NCBI RefSeq assembly: GCF_035594765.1
Contig: NC_085842.1
Coordinates: forward strand, 130,585,036 to 130,649,035
From: Anolis carolinensis
Taxonomy: Eukaryota
DNA: 64,000 nt
Reading direction: 5' to 3'
The stretch's first letter is position 1. Each line of letters begins with the position of its first letter. This document shows positions 35,283-48,800 of this stretch, in pieces. The position numbers and the translations under genes are program-made. Under the pieces are notes generated by a model. That model was given only the letters and a program-made list of their open reading frames with translations. It was not told the origin of the DNA and made no database searches.

Positions 35283-36266
35283 TGGATGATCTGTTAGCAG
35301 AAAGCCAAGAAAATGCCAAAAGGGCTGAATTAACACAACAGGCAAGAGAAGACTGAGAGTACAGCAGAAAGATCATGAGTCCACAAGGGGCAAAGGAATA
35401 GAGCTTTCCAAAGTTCTTATTTTTACAGTTTGAAAAATCCTGAAGCACAATTGTAGCAAAGTAATTTTACTACCGTAGTTACTGAATCATGGCAAGACAG
35501 CAAAGTGAAAGATAGAGGAAAAACATAGCAGGATTTATAGCAGCACAAACACAGATCAGGATAGAAAGAGTTATTATAAATCAACAGATAGCCTCTGGCA
35601 GCTCGCAACATGTATCCCTAGACTGTAAGAAAATGCTCAATAATGTACAGTCTCTCTAGAAAGCTGGTCTGACTATAAGCGCCATTTGTACTTCCAATAT
35701 GCTTTATTATAGGCCAAGTTTATGAACCTGTCATTTTATAATGTAAATTACCCTTAGGTGTCTGACTCTATCAAGCAATTCTACCACAAATCCCTCCAAG
35801 AAAAAAGAGCGCTGCTCATAATTGGTGCACATTAGCCAGGAACATGCATTTGATCACTAATGACAAGGAAAATGCTGGCTGAAATACTTCAGGTAGTAGA
35901 CATTCCCTGAGTAATTTAAAGGTGATGCCTCTGTGAAAGTAAGAAGATTAGGGAGTCTGGACTTAACAGAAAGCCTGTGGGCCCTTCCACACAGCCCTAT
36001 ATCCCAGAATACCAAGGCAGAAAATCCTACAATATCTGCTTGAACTGGGTTATCTGAGCCCACACTCAGATAATGTGGGATTTTCTGCCTTGATATTCTG
36101 GGATATAGGGCTGTGCAGAAGGGCCCTAAGAGTGATAAATAGTCACTGTGTCTCATGTGTGGCAAGAACATTATGGCCCAAAGGGGAAACACAGATCTGA
36201 AAAAGAACTCACATTTGTACAAAACCTGAATATGATGATTATAGAGATGCAAGTTCAGGCATAACT

Positions 36267-36513
36267 GGTGGCGTAATAGGTTAAAGCCTTGTAACCTGAA
36301 GGTTGGGCTGCTGACCTGAAGGCTGCCAGGTTGGAATCCCACCCAGGGAGAGCGCAGATGAGCTCCCTCTATCAGCTCCAGCTCCATGCGGGGACATCCC
36401 ACAAGGATGGTAAAAACATCAAAAAACATCCGGGCATCCCCTGGGCAACGTCCTTGCAGACGGCCAATTCTCTCACACCAGAAGCGACTCAGGTTGCTCC
36501 TGACACGAAAAAA
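36267..36513 (+). mobile_element. tRNA-derived SINE, second family (ends GCTCCTGACACGA-polyA)
   Basis: 10-bp TSD AGGCATAACT at 36257-36266 and 36514-36523; further copy at about 5434-5680. Confidence 0.85.
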
Positions 36514-39149
36514 AGGCATAACTATTATAATTTATCTAGAATTACAATTCATTCCACTTGGTGGGGCTTTCTGTTGTTCAGCTGTGAATTTTTCAATGTT
36601 GGGCAACTTTGACTCTTTACCTGCCCTCTCTTCTCTAATTATACAGCTAATTTCATTCGGAAGGCCTTTCAAACAGAGAATCATCTTTTGTGAAGGAGAA
36701 CTCATGGTACATACAGGAAACAGCTTTATAGTACAAGGAGCTTCCATATCTCATGGTTGATTCAAACTTCATCCCTGGGAAAAGACTGTTAGCAACTATT
36801 AGAAACCACTCTGTTGGCAATTCTAGATTCATGTTTACTCTAGTGTTACATCAGAATGTACTGAATATTGTTACTGTCCCTTCCTGCGAGCTGGAATCAG
36901 GTGGCTGTTGACTTCTGAGCCAAGACTGAGATGAACTACAGTTTCTGTCTAAATTTTGGTAAAGCTGAGATTCTTGGATCAATCTTCCCTTGAACACAAG
37001 TATTTTTGCTAGGACATTAAAGTCTTTATAGGGTAGAGTGCTTAGCTGTGGTTGTGCAAGTATTTTAATACATTTCATTAATTGTTTTATGTTTGTCAAC
37101 GAGAGTTTATAGAGTTATCTGCCATGTTTGTAAGCACAGACTTACCTGGAGAACAGTATCAAAAATCAGGACTGAAGTTTATGTTTTTTAATTATCAGGT
37201 CCTTTAAAAATATTTATTTATTTATTTATTACAATATTTATATCCCGCCCTTCTCACCCAACAGGGGACTCAGGGCGGCTTACAATAAAACAGACATATA
37301 AAAACAGTACAATACACTATAATATGTGCTGTTTCTTGCTTTGCTTATATCTCATTTATCTTTATTTTCTGTAACCGGTTTGAGATGTGTTAAATTGTAA
37401 GGAGAGATGACAAAAATGATTTAAACAAACACATCTAAAATAGTAATAATTAATAGATTCAGAAAATGTCCAGAAAATGTCTTCGAAATAACTATAGTTG
37501 GCTATTCAAAAGTCGGACAGCATTGATTTTTGGAAAGTTTATGGATTGTACAGAGTCAATCAATCATTCTCAGTCACTAACAAGTTACCCTTTGCTCCTT
37601 TCTCTTACTCCTTACTGCTTTTGTATATCAGCGTGTCACATATTTCCCAATGTGCCTGCCAGCCACAGCATGAGAATATAATCACTGGAACTGCCAGCTC
37701 TTTGTTCGTACTGAACTTATTATAACAACATCCCCAGAGCAGAAAACGAGCATTTAGAAAACTATCACACACTCATTCGCACAATTGTGTCATCACAGAC
37801 CCCTGCCATGTGTATTTGGATGGGTGCTTTGGAAAATTATTCTGTTGGGCAGGCTATCCTGGCTGAGAGGTGTTGGTTTTCCAAAAAAAAACCCTTAATT
37901 GTTCCAAGCTTTGTCTAGAATTGTGTTGAGACTGGGAGAGAAGACATGGAAAACCAGCAATGGGGGGGGGGGGGGGGGCTGCTGGACCAGCAGAACGGGA
38001 AGTACCATTTCTGGGGTCCTAGGAAGCTTTTGTATTAGCTTTACTGTTGGGCAGTAAGTGGGAGCAGAGCAAACTGAGATTGTGAAACAGAGAAATGTGG
38101 GTAGCAAACTACAGTCCGTCTTTCAAGTCTCTGTGTTTAACTTCTATGGATTTGATTAATATGGTCCTTCTAAAAATCTCAAGGCCCACCTATGATAAAC
38201 TTTCAATAGACATTGAACATCGAGTTGCACTGGAAGACCTGTAGATTCCTAGAGAGGTGTCCTCTTAGGAAAACATTTTATGTGGGTCTTGTTCCCCTAA
38301 CTCCAACAAATGTGAAGGGCCTACCGTTGATATATTTGGATTCACTGTGCTGACCGCACTTTTTGTGCAGCTGTCTCTAGGCATCAGCCATTACTAGTTG
38401 CCTTCTTTGTGTCAACAGCTGATAAGGCTACATCAGGACCAGGGAATCCGTGGCCCCCTGCTTGTTATTGGGCTTTATTTCTCATCAGCCCTAGTGAAGT
38501 CATCTAAGGTAGTCTAATGGGGGAGACATGAGAGGCATCATAGTTCAACAATATCTAGAGAGCCATGGGATCCCCATCCTTGATCAACATGTCCTCACTC
38601 TCTCAGACTGGATCTACACTGCCATATAATGCAATTTCACTGACTAAACCACTCCCTGTATGGAAGACAGGGATTGGAAAAGGAGGAAGGTGATATCCTG
38701 TCCCTTCCATACACTAAACCACTCCAGATTTTGAAACGTTATTTTCACCCATGACCATCCTATAGCAATACCTACCATTTGTCAAGCAGAATCCTTTTCT
38801 TCTGTCCCTTACTGACAAGAAAATGATTCCACAGCCCTCCTGGGTCCCATCAGGTGCAAGCTTATCTGCTCCTGCCAAATGCCACCACTGTTCAGCCTTT
38901 GGAAAATTACTAGCTGGAAGCAACTGGCAAATTGGCTCTCATAAACTATGCACTTCTTCCTCCTGAGCTCCATGGCTGCAACCAGCAGAAGGACCATGGA
39001 GCTGGTAGGAAAAATAGGAGAAATGTGAGACTGAAAAAGGCAATTTAAAGAGAAGGATGTGGGTGTGAGCCAGGAAAGCCAAGGGACCAGTGGGACTTCT
39101 TGTCGCTTTCCAAACGTGTCAGGATTGTTACCATGTGCTTCTTTCTCAT

Positions 39150-39452
39150 TAGGTTAGGTTAGGTTTTCTACTGACATTAAGTCTAGTTGTGTCCAACTCT
39201 GGGGGTTGGTGCTCATCTCCATTTCTAAGCCAAAGAGCCAGCGTTGTCTGTAGACATCTTCAAGGTTATGTGGCTGGCATGACTGCATGAGTGCCGCTAC
39301 CTTTCTGTTGGAGTGGTAACTATTAATCTACTTACATTTGCATGTTTCTGAACTGCTAGATTGGCAAAAGCTGGGGCTAACAGCGAAAGCTCATCCCGCT
39401 CCTTGGATTCGAACTGCTGACCTTTCGGTTTAACTCTGCACCATTGAGGGCT
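39150..39452 (-). mobile_element. Sauria-type SINE, diverged
   Basis: Homologous to 20210-20535. Confidence 0.8.
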
Positions 39453-40943
39453 TCTCTCTCTCATTAGCCATCAATACTAGTGGGATTCTCTTTCCTTCCA
39501 CTACCAGCTGCTCCACTGGTCCTGGCACCAGTGTTTTCATTATTCTTCCTCAAAACTTCCCTTCCAGGCCTCTGTTCCTTTATCTAACCTCTTCCCAGGG
39601 ACCCTTTGCCAGGTCTTCTCTTTTGATGCCCTTCATTGGAAAAAAAAATCAGCACCACCATCCTGAAGAAAGCCAGTGCGATGTATAGACAGTCCCCAAG
39701 TTACAAATAAGAATAGGTTTGTTCTTAAGCCTTAGAAAGCATAGGGAAGGGTCAGCACCCCTGTGGTGTTTGTTTTCACTTCACTTTCTGTCCCTGTGAT
39801 AATTGGCTTGTTGTAGAAACAAAAATTGGTGAGAAAGCTTGAGTGAAGACACCTTTTGCCCATGATAACTCTACAGGAGTTTCCCTTCCTGGGGTAGATC
39901 TCTATCACCTCTGTTGCCTTGCCCCATTCTTAACTATGAGTTATTTGTAAGTTGGATGTTTTTAACTCAGGGACTGCCTGTAGTGGTTTGAATACTGGTC
40001 TGGGACTCCACAAATTAGGATTCTCTGAACAAGGCACTCTCTCTTATCCTAAGAAGAAAGGAACACCAAACCTCTGAATAAATCTTGCCAAGGAAAAGTG
40101 AGAGCTGATATGAAAGTACATAGACAACCACCATGAGCTCTATTGTTGTGGTGTGCCTTCATGTTGTTTATGACTTATGGCAACCTTAAAATGAACCTCC
40201 CAAAGTATCCTTTAGAGGAGTTCACAAGTAGAAGGGCTGGATCTCTTCACTCGTTCCGAGACTGGTTTTAGCAAAATAAGGCAAACAGACATGTTGCAAA
40301 TTTCATTGCTAAGAACTTTACTAATTAATGTAAAGGCATATTCAAATATATACAAAAGCAGTGCCTGACTACCGAGAGGAAAGTTTCAAGAGGAGCAGCT
40401 CCAGGTACAAATACTAACCCGAAAGGCTCTCTGAGCATATACTGTAGTTGCTTTGAAGGGGACTGAGCAAATGGAGAAATTCCTAGAGACAGCAGGTACA
40501 GTGTGGGAATATGCAAGAAACCTTTAGAATACCATTGCTCTAATAGTAAATGGGTGATGGCAGTTAAGGGGGATGCTTGGTTAAGAAGCATTTTGCAACA
40601 AATGTTCCTCTGAATTCACTGTGATTGATTTCTGACTGCATGGGTCAACTTTTTAAACTGCAGCTTAAGGTTTAACAGAATAAAGTGTGTCCTCCCAAAA
40701 TGTATTCATCAGAGCTTCTGTTTGACATTTTTTTTAAATTACACATGCTTAATAACATTAAAGTATCCAATAGAAGTTCTGCAAAATTACAAGAGAAACT
40801 TAAAGTGAGGTTTGCAACTCAGTGCTCTAGCAATGTACAAGGCATTCTTGCTCAGAGATAATATGAAAACCTTACAAAATGTAATGTAAGATGGAATATA
40901 TAACTTTGATTAGAATCAAAGGATTCTAATTACTTTATTATTA

Positions 40944-40948
<5 letters not shown>

Positions 40949-40984
<36 letters not shown>
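40949..40984. repeat. (TA)n microsatellite
   Basis: Direct reading. Confidence 0.95.
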
Positions 40985-40987
<3 letters not shown>

Positions 40988-41482
40988 AAAATATGTTTTT
41001 TGTATGTTTGTATGTGTATGTATGCATATTTGGTCCACAAAAGCTTCTACATCTCTTCATGGATCAGGACCAAACCTGCCACACAAACTCATCATGACCA
41101 ATTTAAAATAGTGCAGTTTGAGGGGCATTGAGGGAGGATGATGGGAGTTGAACTTCAACCACAGAAAGCTGCTGAGGGTGTGGCTTTCCTTCAAACTAGT
41201 TAGACAACTCAGCCTATTTTCCAGAATGCATTTCCCAACATCCTTACCCCTTCACTAGGCAGGCTGGGGATACTGAGAGCTCCAGCCCAAGAAGAAGGCT
41301 GAACTATCTGACTTGTTCAGAAGATAACCAGATCTGGGGCTGATGGGATTTGTGGCTGGCAAGATATGGGCTTGATGGGAATTGCAGTGGGCCAGAACCA
41401 AATGTACCAAGCTATAGTCCAACAGAGGTGCAAACATTAGCTAGATAACACAAATAGCGAAGCAAAATGTCTATTACGGGGT

Positions 41483-41974
41483 TGTAAGCCAATTATGAGA
41501 GTGTCTAGAGTACAAGGTTGAATCAGAATCCACCAGCCATAGATCTGGCTATCCTCTGAACAAGTCCAAGGTAAGTCCAGAGTTCAGGAAACGTGAGATA
41601 GCAAGAGCCCAGGGTCGTAGCTTCTAGAACTGACATTGCAGCCAGCAACAAAGTGCCACCCCTGAGCTCCTTCAATCCTAAATTCACAGGATTCACCTGT
41701 TGCTGGCTTTCTTCCCAGCTAATCTCAGGACCTGTGAAGCTGAGACCTATCCCTTCGCAGATCCATGACAGCTGGAACAGTTAGCTCTTCCTCAGCCTGC
41801 TCAGGGGAACTTCTTTGCACTTGTTCTGCAGGCTGGGAAGTAGTAGCTCCTTCCATGGGTCCTGCTTCAAAGCTTGGCTGAGGGAGCTGCTGGGCACTGC
41901 TGGGCTTCCCAAACTTGACCACTGAGCCTTCCACCAGCATCTCCTCATCCACGCTTTCCAAGCTGTCCACAACA
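41483..41974. mobile_element. Possible solo LTR (Gypsy-like)
   Basis: TG...CAACA-bounded non-coding segment; no TSD found; left boundary uncertain. Confidence 0.4.
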
Positions 41975-43524
41975 CATAAACACATTCTCATTTTAGATCT
42001 TAGTGTTGTTGACCGCGTTTTAGGGGATCGGGCCCTTAAGGAGAGACCTGATCCGGTCCTGAGAGAACGGACCTTGGCGAAGCCAAAAGGAGAATTACGA
42101 GCCGCAATACAACCTGAAGCCGAAATGAAGAAGGTCCGCCAAAGTTGAAAGAAAACATGAAGTGGAAGAGAGAGAGAGAGAAAAAACTCACATATAGGAA
42201 AATACATCCATTCTTCCACCCCCCTTTCTCCCTAAGATAAGGGAGGTTTGAGAAGAGAGAGACAAGAAAAAGTTAAAACCACAGAAGCAGCAGGATTTCT
42301 CTGGGGGGGGGGGGGGTGGTCACAAAATATTAGGGCTTGAACCTTTGAAAATAGGGAGGTGAGATGGCACAGAAGAAAAGGGAGAGAGAGAGAGAGCATA
42401 GCACTAAGCTAGTCCATTCCAGCCCTCCTTCCCAGAAAACTATCTATCACTGGTGGCTTTTAAGGCAAAGGGATGAGTAGAGAAGAGTTTACAGCCCACA
42501 CATTACATAAACACACAAAATTTAATCAACACTTTTCTGGGAGTCCCCCTCCCCCACCCAAATCCTTTGCCATGCTTCCCAGATGGGAGAGAAAGAAAAG
42601 GGGAAATTAAGAAACAGAAGCGGCTAAAGGAATGCCCCCCCCCCCCATTTGTAAGGACCAAAGGAAATATAAGACAACACTGAGGTAAAACGTTAGGGAT
42701 AGTGTCTAGAAAATGGGAACAAAGGGAAATAAGGGATTTTAAAAGGTGAGAAGAGAGGAAGGAGAGGAGAAATGGATTTGAGATTTGAGAGAGAGAGATT
42801 TTCACTCAGGCCGGGGAAGAGAGAGAGAGAGGAAAAGGAAAAAAAAGGGTACAATTTGAGGGTAGGCAAGGCAGAATATCAAGTTGGAGAAGGTTTGATT
42901 TGAAAGAAGGAAGGGATCCTTGGAGAACTATAGATCTTGGTGGCAGGCTTCAGGACTGAATCTTCTCCCCCCTTTGCCCCTCCAAAAACAGGAAGAGAAA
43001 AAAAGTGTCCTCTTTGCACAATCTCCCCACGGCCCCTCCTTCTCCTCTCTCTCCAAGAGAGGAATGAGCGCAGAGAGAGAGAGAGAGAGAGAGCGAGAGC
43101 CTGGTGGGGGCAAGAGAAGGAGGGGGATGGTGGGGCGATTCTTCCCATCTGAGGAAAACTCAGAATGTGGCAGGAGTTGAGTGGCAGGGGCAGATACAAT
43201 TTTGGGGGGGGGGCATCAGGCTTCAATGAAACGGCTGGGATGGGGGCTGAGAGAGAGTGTGTTAGTAAAACCCCTAACCCATTGTATGCACAGTCATTCA
43301 AGAAGAGAGCAAACAAGAGAGAGAGAGACAGGAACAGAAAAGATAGATCAGGGAAGAAAACCATGAAAAGGAACCAAACTTGGCTCCCAACATTTAAAAG
43401 ACAGGCAAATTTCAAAATCAGGACAACAAACAAAGAATATTACTCAGAGAACAGGGGAACCCCAGGCAGGACTCAGCCAGTTCCTGAAGATGGAAGGTTT
43501 TCCATAAATACACAATAACCCCCA

Positions 43525-43770
43525 GAGAGGGAGAGGCTGAGAGAGAGTGGAAGGTTGGGGAGTGGAGGGGTTGGGAGGAGGAGAGAGAGGGATGGTTGGG
43601 GGGGCTGAGAGAGAATAGAAGGCTGGAGAGTGGAGGGGAGATGAGGCTGAGAGAGAGTAGAAGGTTGGGGAGTGGAGGGGGATGAGGCTGAGAGAGTAGA
43701 AGGTTGGGGAGTGGAGGGGAGATGAGGGAAAATGGCAGGGGGTTGAGAGAGTGAGTTTTGGAGGGTGGGG
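43525..43770. repeat. Purine-rich minisatellite inside the ERV gag region
   Basis: Repeated unit of about 40 bp, gaggctgagagagagtagaaggttggggagtggaggggagat. Confidence 0.8.
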
Positions 43771-43993
43771 ATCCCTGGAAGCAGAGGTTCTCTAGAAGGG
43801 TCAATTTGGGAGTCCTGGATCGGTGTAGGACTCAAGACAGGGGGAGAAAAATTAGGGATAGGGATGGGGCAGAGGGCCTGGGCTGATGGGGTGGGGGAGA
43901 AGGCAAGCAAATGTGTCCAGAAAATCCTCTGGAGGAGGGGGTAAGGGGAAAGGGTCTAGAGAGGAATCTTTGGGGGGGTTGTTTTTTGGAGCC

Positions 43994-44347
43994 CTAATCT
44001 CTGCATGGGAAGACGTGGACCCCCTCCCCCCTCCCATTCTCTCTCTGGCTTAGGGCCATGAACATCGCGGCATAAGCAAGCTGGGACCACTTGCCCTCCC
44101 CATGGCAATGGCTCTGGAGTCTCAAGATGAGACTCTCATCCACACTGCCATGTGGGGGGGGGGGGGAAGCTGTTCCCCCTTCAAGGGCCACAAGGGGCCA
44201 CTTATGCACGCTGAGTTGGCCCAACCTGGCCTGCACCGTGTTTTTCAATGCAAACCCACCCCAATTGGCCAGGATCTTACCCAATGGAGAATCCCTGGGG
44301 ATGTCTGCTGGGGTGGGACACCCTAGCCGTGCTGAACAAACACCCAT
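43994..44347 (-). pseudogene. gag: ERV gag matrix (p15-like) remnant
   Basis: MG... PLGKILANW...WPLVALEGG...PPHGSVD...ILRLQSHCHGEGKWSQLAYAAMF resembles HERV-W/ERV9-class matrix; premature stop, then Pro-rich low-complexity sequence. Confidence 0.8.
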
Positions 44348-44930
44348 CCTTAGCTCAGCCCCTGCCTACACCGACAGTTAATGGAGTAACGACTCACCCA
44401 ACCGGTAGGATGCAGCTCGTCCTTTCAATAGTCCCCTCCACTAAGGCTGGATGGCTAGAGTCCGTAGAATCCGTAGGTGACCCGGGAGCACAACCGTTCC
44501 CCTACCCTACGATCCTTGAACCTGCAATCTGCAAGCTAGACTGCTCTCACATGCTTTTAGGTGCCAGATGTTCCCGCGTTTCACCAGGATTTGTTACCGA
44601 GCTCTGATCCAAAGTGCAATACCTCCAGAGCTCCTCCCACCTGGGTCTTAACAACGGAACCGGTTCCTTTTCAGGGCGTCCCCTGTTTCACGTTGGCGCC
44701 TTTCCTTCGAGGAGCTAAAAATCTGCTTCCTCCTATCTGGCTCCTTTGTTCAGTGCCCTGAATCAGATCTAGAGAGAGAAAGGGACTGCCAGAGAAATTT
44801 GGATGTGAAATGAGGTCAAATTGTTGGTCGGAGGGCCCTCCTTGCAGCCGTTTCTCTCCCCAACCTGTTCCAGAATATCTGGACCAAGGTCGCCGCTTGG
44901 AATTTTAGCCTAAAAATTGATTTTTTGGAA

Positions 44931-45794
44931 TCATAGAATCATAGAATCATAGAATAGTAGAGTTGGAAGAGACCACATGGGCCATCTAGTCCAACCCCCT
45001 GCTAAGAAGCAGGAAATCGCATTCAAAGCACCCCCGACAGATGGCCATCCAGCCTCTGCTTAAAAGCCTCCAAGGAAGGAGCCTCCACCACGGCCCCGGG
45101 GAGAGAGTTCCACTGTCGAACAGCTCTCACAGTGAGGAAGTTCTTCCTGATGTTCAGGTGGAATCTCCTTTCCTGTAGTTTGAAGCCATTGTTCCGTGTC
45201 CTAGTCTGCAGGGCAGCAGAAAACAAGCTTGCTCCCTCTTCCCTATGACTTCCCTTCACATATTTGTACATGGCTATCATGTCTCCTCTCAGCCTTCTCT
45301 TCTGCAGGCTAAACATGCCCAGCTCTTTAAGCCGCTCCTCATAGGGCTTGTTCTCCAGACCCTTAATCATTTTAGTCGCCCTCCTCTGGACGCTTTCCAG
45401 CTTGTCAACATCTCCCTTCAACTGTGGTGCCCAAAATTGGACACAGTATTCCAGGTGTGGTCTGACCAAGGCAGAATAGAGGGGGAGCATAACTTCCCTG
45501 GACCTAGACGCTATTCCCCTATTGATGCAGGCCAGAATCCCATTGGCTTTTTTAGCAGCCGCATCACATTGTTGGCTCATGTTTAACTTGTTGTCCACGA
45601 GGACTCCAAGGTCTTTTTCGCACACACTGCTGTCAAGCCAGCAGTGCTGTCCCCCATTCTGTATCTTTGATTTCCATTTTTTCTGCCGAAGTGAAGTATC
45701 TTGCATTTGTCCCTGTTGAACTTCATTTTGTTAGTTTCGGCCCATCTCTCTAGTCTGTCAAGATCGTTTTGAATTCTGCTCCTGTCTTCTGGAG
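44931..45794 (-). mobile_element. 5'-truncated CR1 LINE inserted in the ERV leader
   Basis: ORF2 end ([18 protein letters not shown]...[19 protein letters not shown]...RRLRGDMI); (ATTCTATG)n tail; flanking TGGAA repeats; one frameshift near 45650. Confidence 0.95.
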
Positions 45795-45810
45795 TGGAAC
45801 TTCCAAGCAA

Positions 45811-45830
45811 GTCCCTTCGTGGTAAAGCCA
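45811..45830 (-). other. Primer-binding site, tRNA-Arg-like (imperfect)
   Basis: TGGCTTTACCACGAAGGGAC 5 nt after the LTR end, compared with the Arg-type TGGCGACCACGAAGGGAC. Confidence 0.7.
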
Positions 45831-48800
45831 AATTATGTTGTCGACCGCGTTTTAGGGGATCGGGCCCTTAAGGAGAGACCTGATCCGGTCCTGAGAGAAC
45901 GGACCTTGGCGAAGCCAAAAGGAGAATTACGAGCCGCAATACAACCTGAAGCCGAAATGAAGAAGGTCCGCCAAAGTTGAAGGAAAATCCGCCAAGGAGT
46001 CTTTATTGAGCAATTCAGCTGAAGAGGACTCTAGTAGCGATCATTCAGTCTACTAGGGTACCATACAATCAAAATAAAGCCATACTTATACAAAATTTCA
46101 GTCTGACAACCCTTTGAATTTCCCGCCCTGCTTCCCCGCCCATCTGATCGTTGATAGGCTAGAAGGTTGAACGAGGCGGGCTTTCGTTTCCCGCCTTGCT
46201 CCGTTGGCCCAATAGGAAGCTGCCTTTTGTCTCTACTCGGGCCAATCAGGAAAGAGAAGGCGGGAGTTATCGAAACAATGAGGTGACGGGACAGGAACTA
46301 GCGGATTAAGTCCTGCTAGACCGATTTCTAAAGGGTGCTTAATTTATTAATGGCAGCAATCAAGGGTGTCTGGGTTTCTGTCACGTATACAGATTTTAGA
46401 TATGCCTTGGGGTGTCAGAGATGGAAGCAAAGATGGGTGGTGATGAGCCATATTGACAGGCTCTGCAGGGCGCCTTCCTGAGGTGTCCTGGTTTTTCCTT
46501 TGGGTGAGATATGACAATGTTTGCCTTGGGGCGAATCACCTTTAGGTCAGCAAACTCCGAATTTGGCGACTCAAGCCCTATATTGTCCATGCAATTTGAA
46601 TTTGATTGGATTTAGCGGTGGCAGATGATCCTTTTGTTTTTGGGAAAGGAAGCCTGGGTCATAGGAAATGGGATAAGTTCTGGGGTTCAGGTTGAGTTCA
46701 AAATATTTCCTATTTGATTTCATGATTTGACAATTATATGAAATAAAATGAAAAATAAAATAAAGTTGGAATATAAACCATGCTGGGAAAAATACATATT
46801 TTCCGGGGATTCCAAAGAGTACAAATACATATAGGCAGATAGATAGATTTCATGGAAATAAGGGAGAATTCATAAAAGTGAGTTACCTTTCATAAAGGGG
46901 AATCATGAATGATATAAACAATTGAAAATATTTGATAAGAACGAAGTTCATAACATCTGGAGAACCCAGCATGGAAATTCATAAAAGTGGAGTTTTAGCA
47001 GCATGATTTTACAATTCATGAAGTTGTTATCTCTTGCCTCAGGCTAAAAGGTCAAACACCTTTTGTGCAGAGAGTCACAGTAAACTCCAGTAAAAAGTCT
47101 CAATCACCTTCTACTATAAATATATGGAATATAAAACATAAAGTCTTGAATTTTGAACTATCTTTTACAAAGTCCTGGGGGGGGGGGTGGTCACCTCGAT
47201 CACATTAGTGAGATATATTTTAATTTCAGGCACATACAAAAGTTCACAACAGCCCTACTCCGCCCTAAGCAACTATAAATTGGGCATAGGAATTACGTTC
47301 CTCTTTGGATGCTACATTGACCACTTAGCATGCCATATGCTTATTTCTGTAAAATCCAACAATTAGCTCTTAAAATTGAAAATTTAAAATATTGTGTGAA
47401 GACATGTGACTCTTCAAATCGCCAGTGGGCAGTAGAAACCACAGCAAAGAAACAAGATAAAAACAGGGAGCCAGGCTGTGATGGATTGTTCCCCACATTC
47501 TTCTACGATAATCTGATACTCCGCAAACAATAGTCACATTCTTATGCCTTGTTATACCTCATTTGCTTATCAATGAGCTTTGGTTCCCCTGTTGATTCAG
47601 TAAATTATATGATTAATTCTGTTCTGGGAGTGGGTAGGATCAAAGCTACAATTTTCTGCCCCTGCTTCCTTTCCTGAATTTATTTTATCTTATTTTATAT
47701 TTATGTCCCACCCTTCCCTCAACATGGGAACCAAGGTAGCTTACAACAAGGGTAAAACAAAAGATAATATAAAAGTTAAAATAATTTAGTAAACTATCTG
47801 ATTAGGACACCATTTAATGCAAAAAAAACTACAAAAACATGACTATAAAGATGAACAGGCTACATATCAAAACTACATGTTAAAGAAATAACATTTTTGA
47901 ATTAAAACATTCAGAATCCCCTAGTCAGGGTAAATAGTGACATAGTAGCTGAGAGATTTGGGGTGTTGTAGTTCAAAAAAGTATTCTTAGCTCAGCTCTA
48001 AACAAACTACTGACAAACTGTTGTGCGATGGAAAGCAATGGAATAGAGGGAACTATTGTTAAACTATTCCTGACATACATCGTACATTTCCCATTGTTCA
48101 CATTATCTTAGTACTAAGTTGAAACTTAGAGCAGGAAAGATAAAGCTAAGCACTCAGCCCAGCAAGTCCCTCCTTAACTATTACATCTGATCTATTCCAC
48201 TTTCGATGGTCTTATGGCTCCCTTTGTATTTTATTAATGGGGCAGTGATTGAACTGTCTTCCAGTGTTGTAGCTCCCTTTTACTTTTTTTCCTCAAAAAT
48301 AGCCAACAAAGGGCAGTTTACTAACTTTAACAGGCTCATGAAAGTTTCCTTTTAACTGATGGTTTCTTGGCTACAAGCATCAGGACTGACCCAGAATATT
48401 TTTGCTGTGGAGATAGTTTCCTGCATTTCACTTGCTTATGTTGACCAGACTAGTTGCTGAATTTTACTTCAATACTAGTAACTAGAGAGCATCCCTTATC
48501 ATTTTACCTAATAGCACAGACCACATGAAACAACATAGCTCTGCCTTCAAACAGAGCACAGCCAAGAGTTTACTTCTATATCTGTTTATCCCAGGCTTTG
48601 TTTATTGCCCAATGTGCCTCAAGATCAATGAGAGGAACTCTCAAGAAGTTTGCCTTTTCTGATGCTTGGCCATTTCTTATCTCCTGATACTTTCAACTCT
48701 TCCTCAAGGAGGTGAAGCCTGGGGCAGATGGAAAACCCCTTTTATGATGAAGGGGAGTGAACTGGGCCTTTGCCACTAGGCAGATGGATTGGAATTTCCA

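Larger units (their letters stand above)
42004..47204 (-). mobile_element. Deleted ERV1 (gamma-like) provirus
   Basis: TG...CA termini with 4-bp TSD TTAG (42000-42003, 47205-47208); 5' LTR 45836-47204 with AATAAA at 46002-46007; PBS 45811-45830; gag matrix ORF; 146-bp LTR copy at 42004-42149. Confidence 0.8.

Noticed and set aside
41725-42219. 164-aa minus-strand ORF
   Set aside because: Crosses the ERV end into an adjacent LTR-like repeat; chimeric with no recognisable domain.
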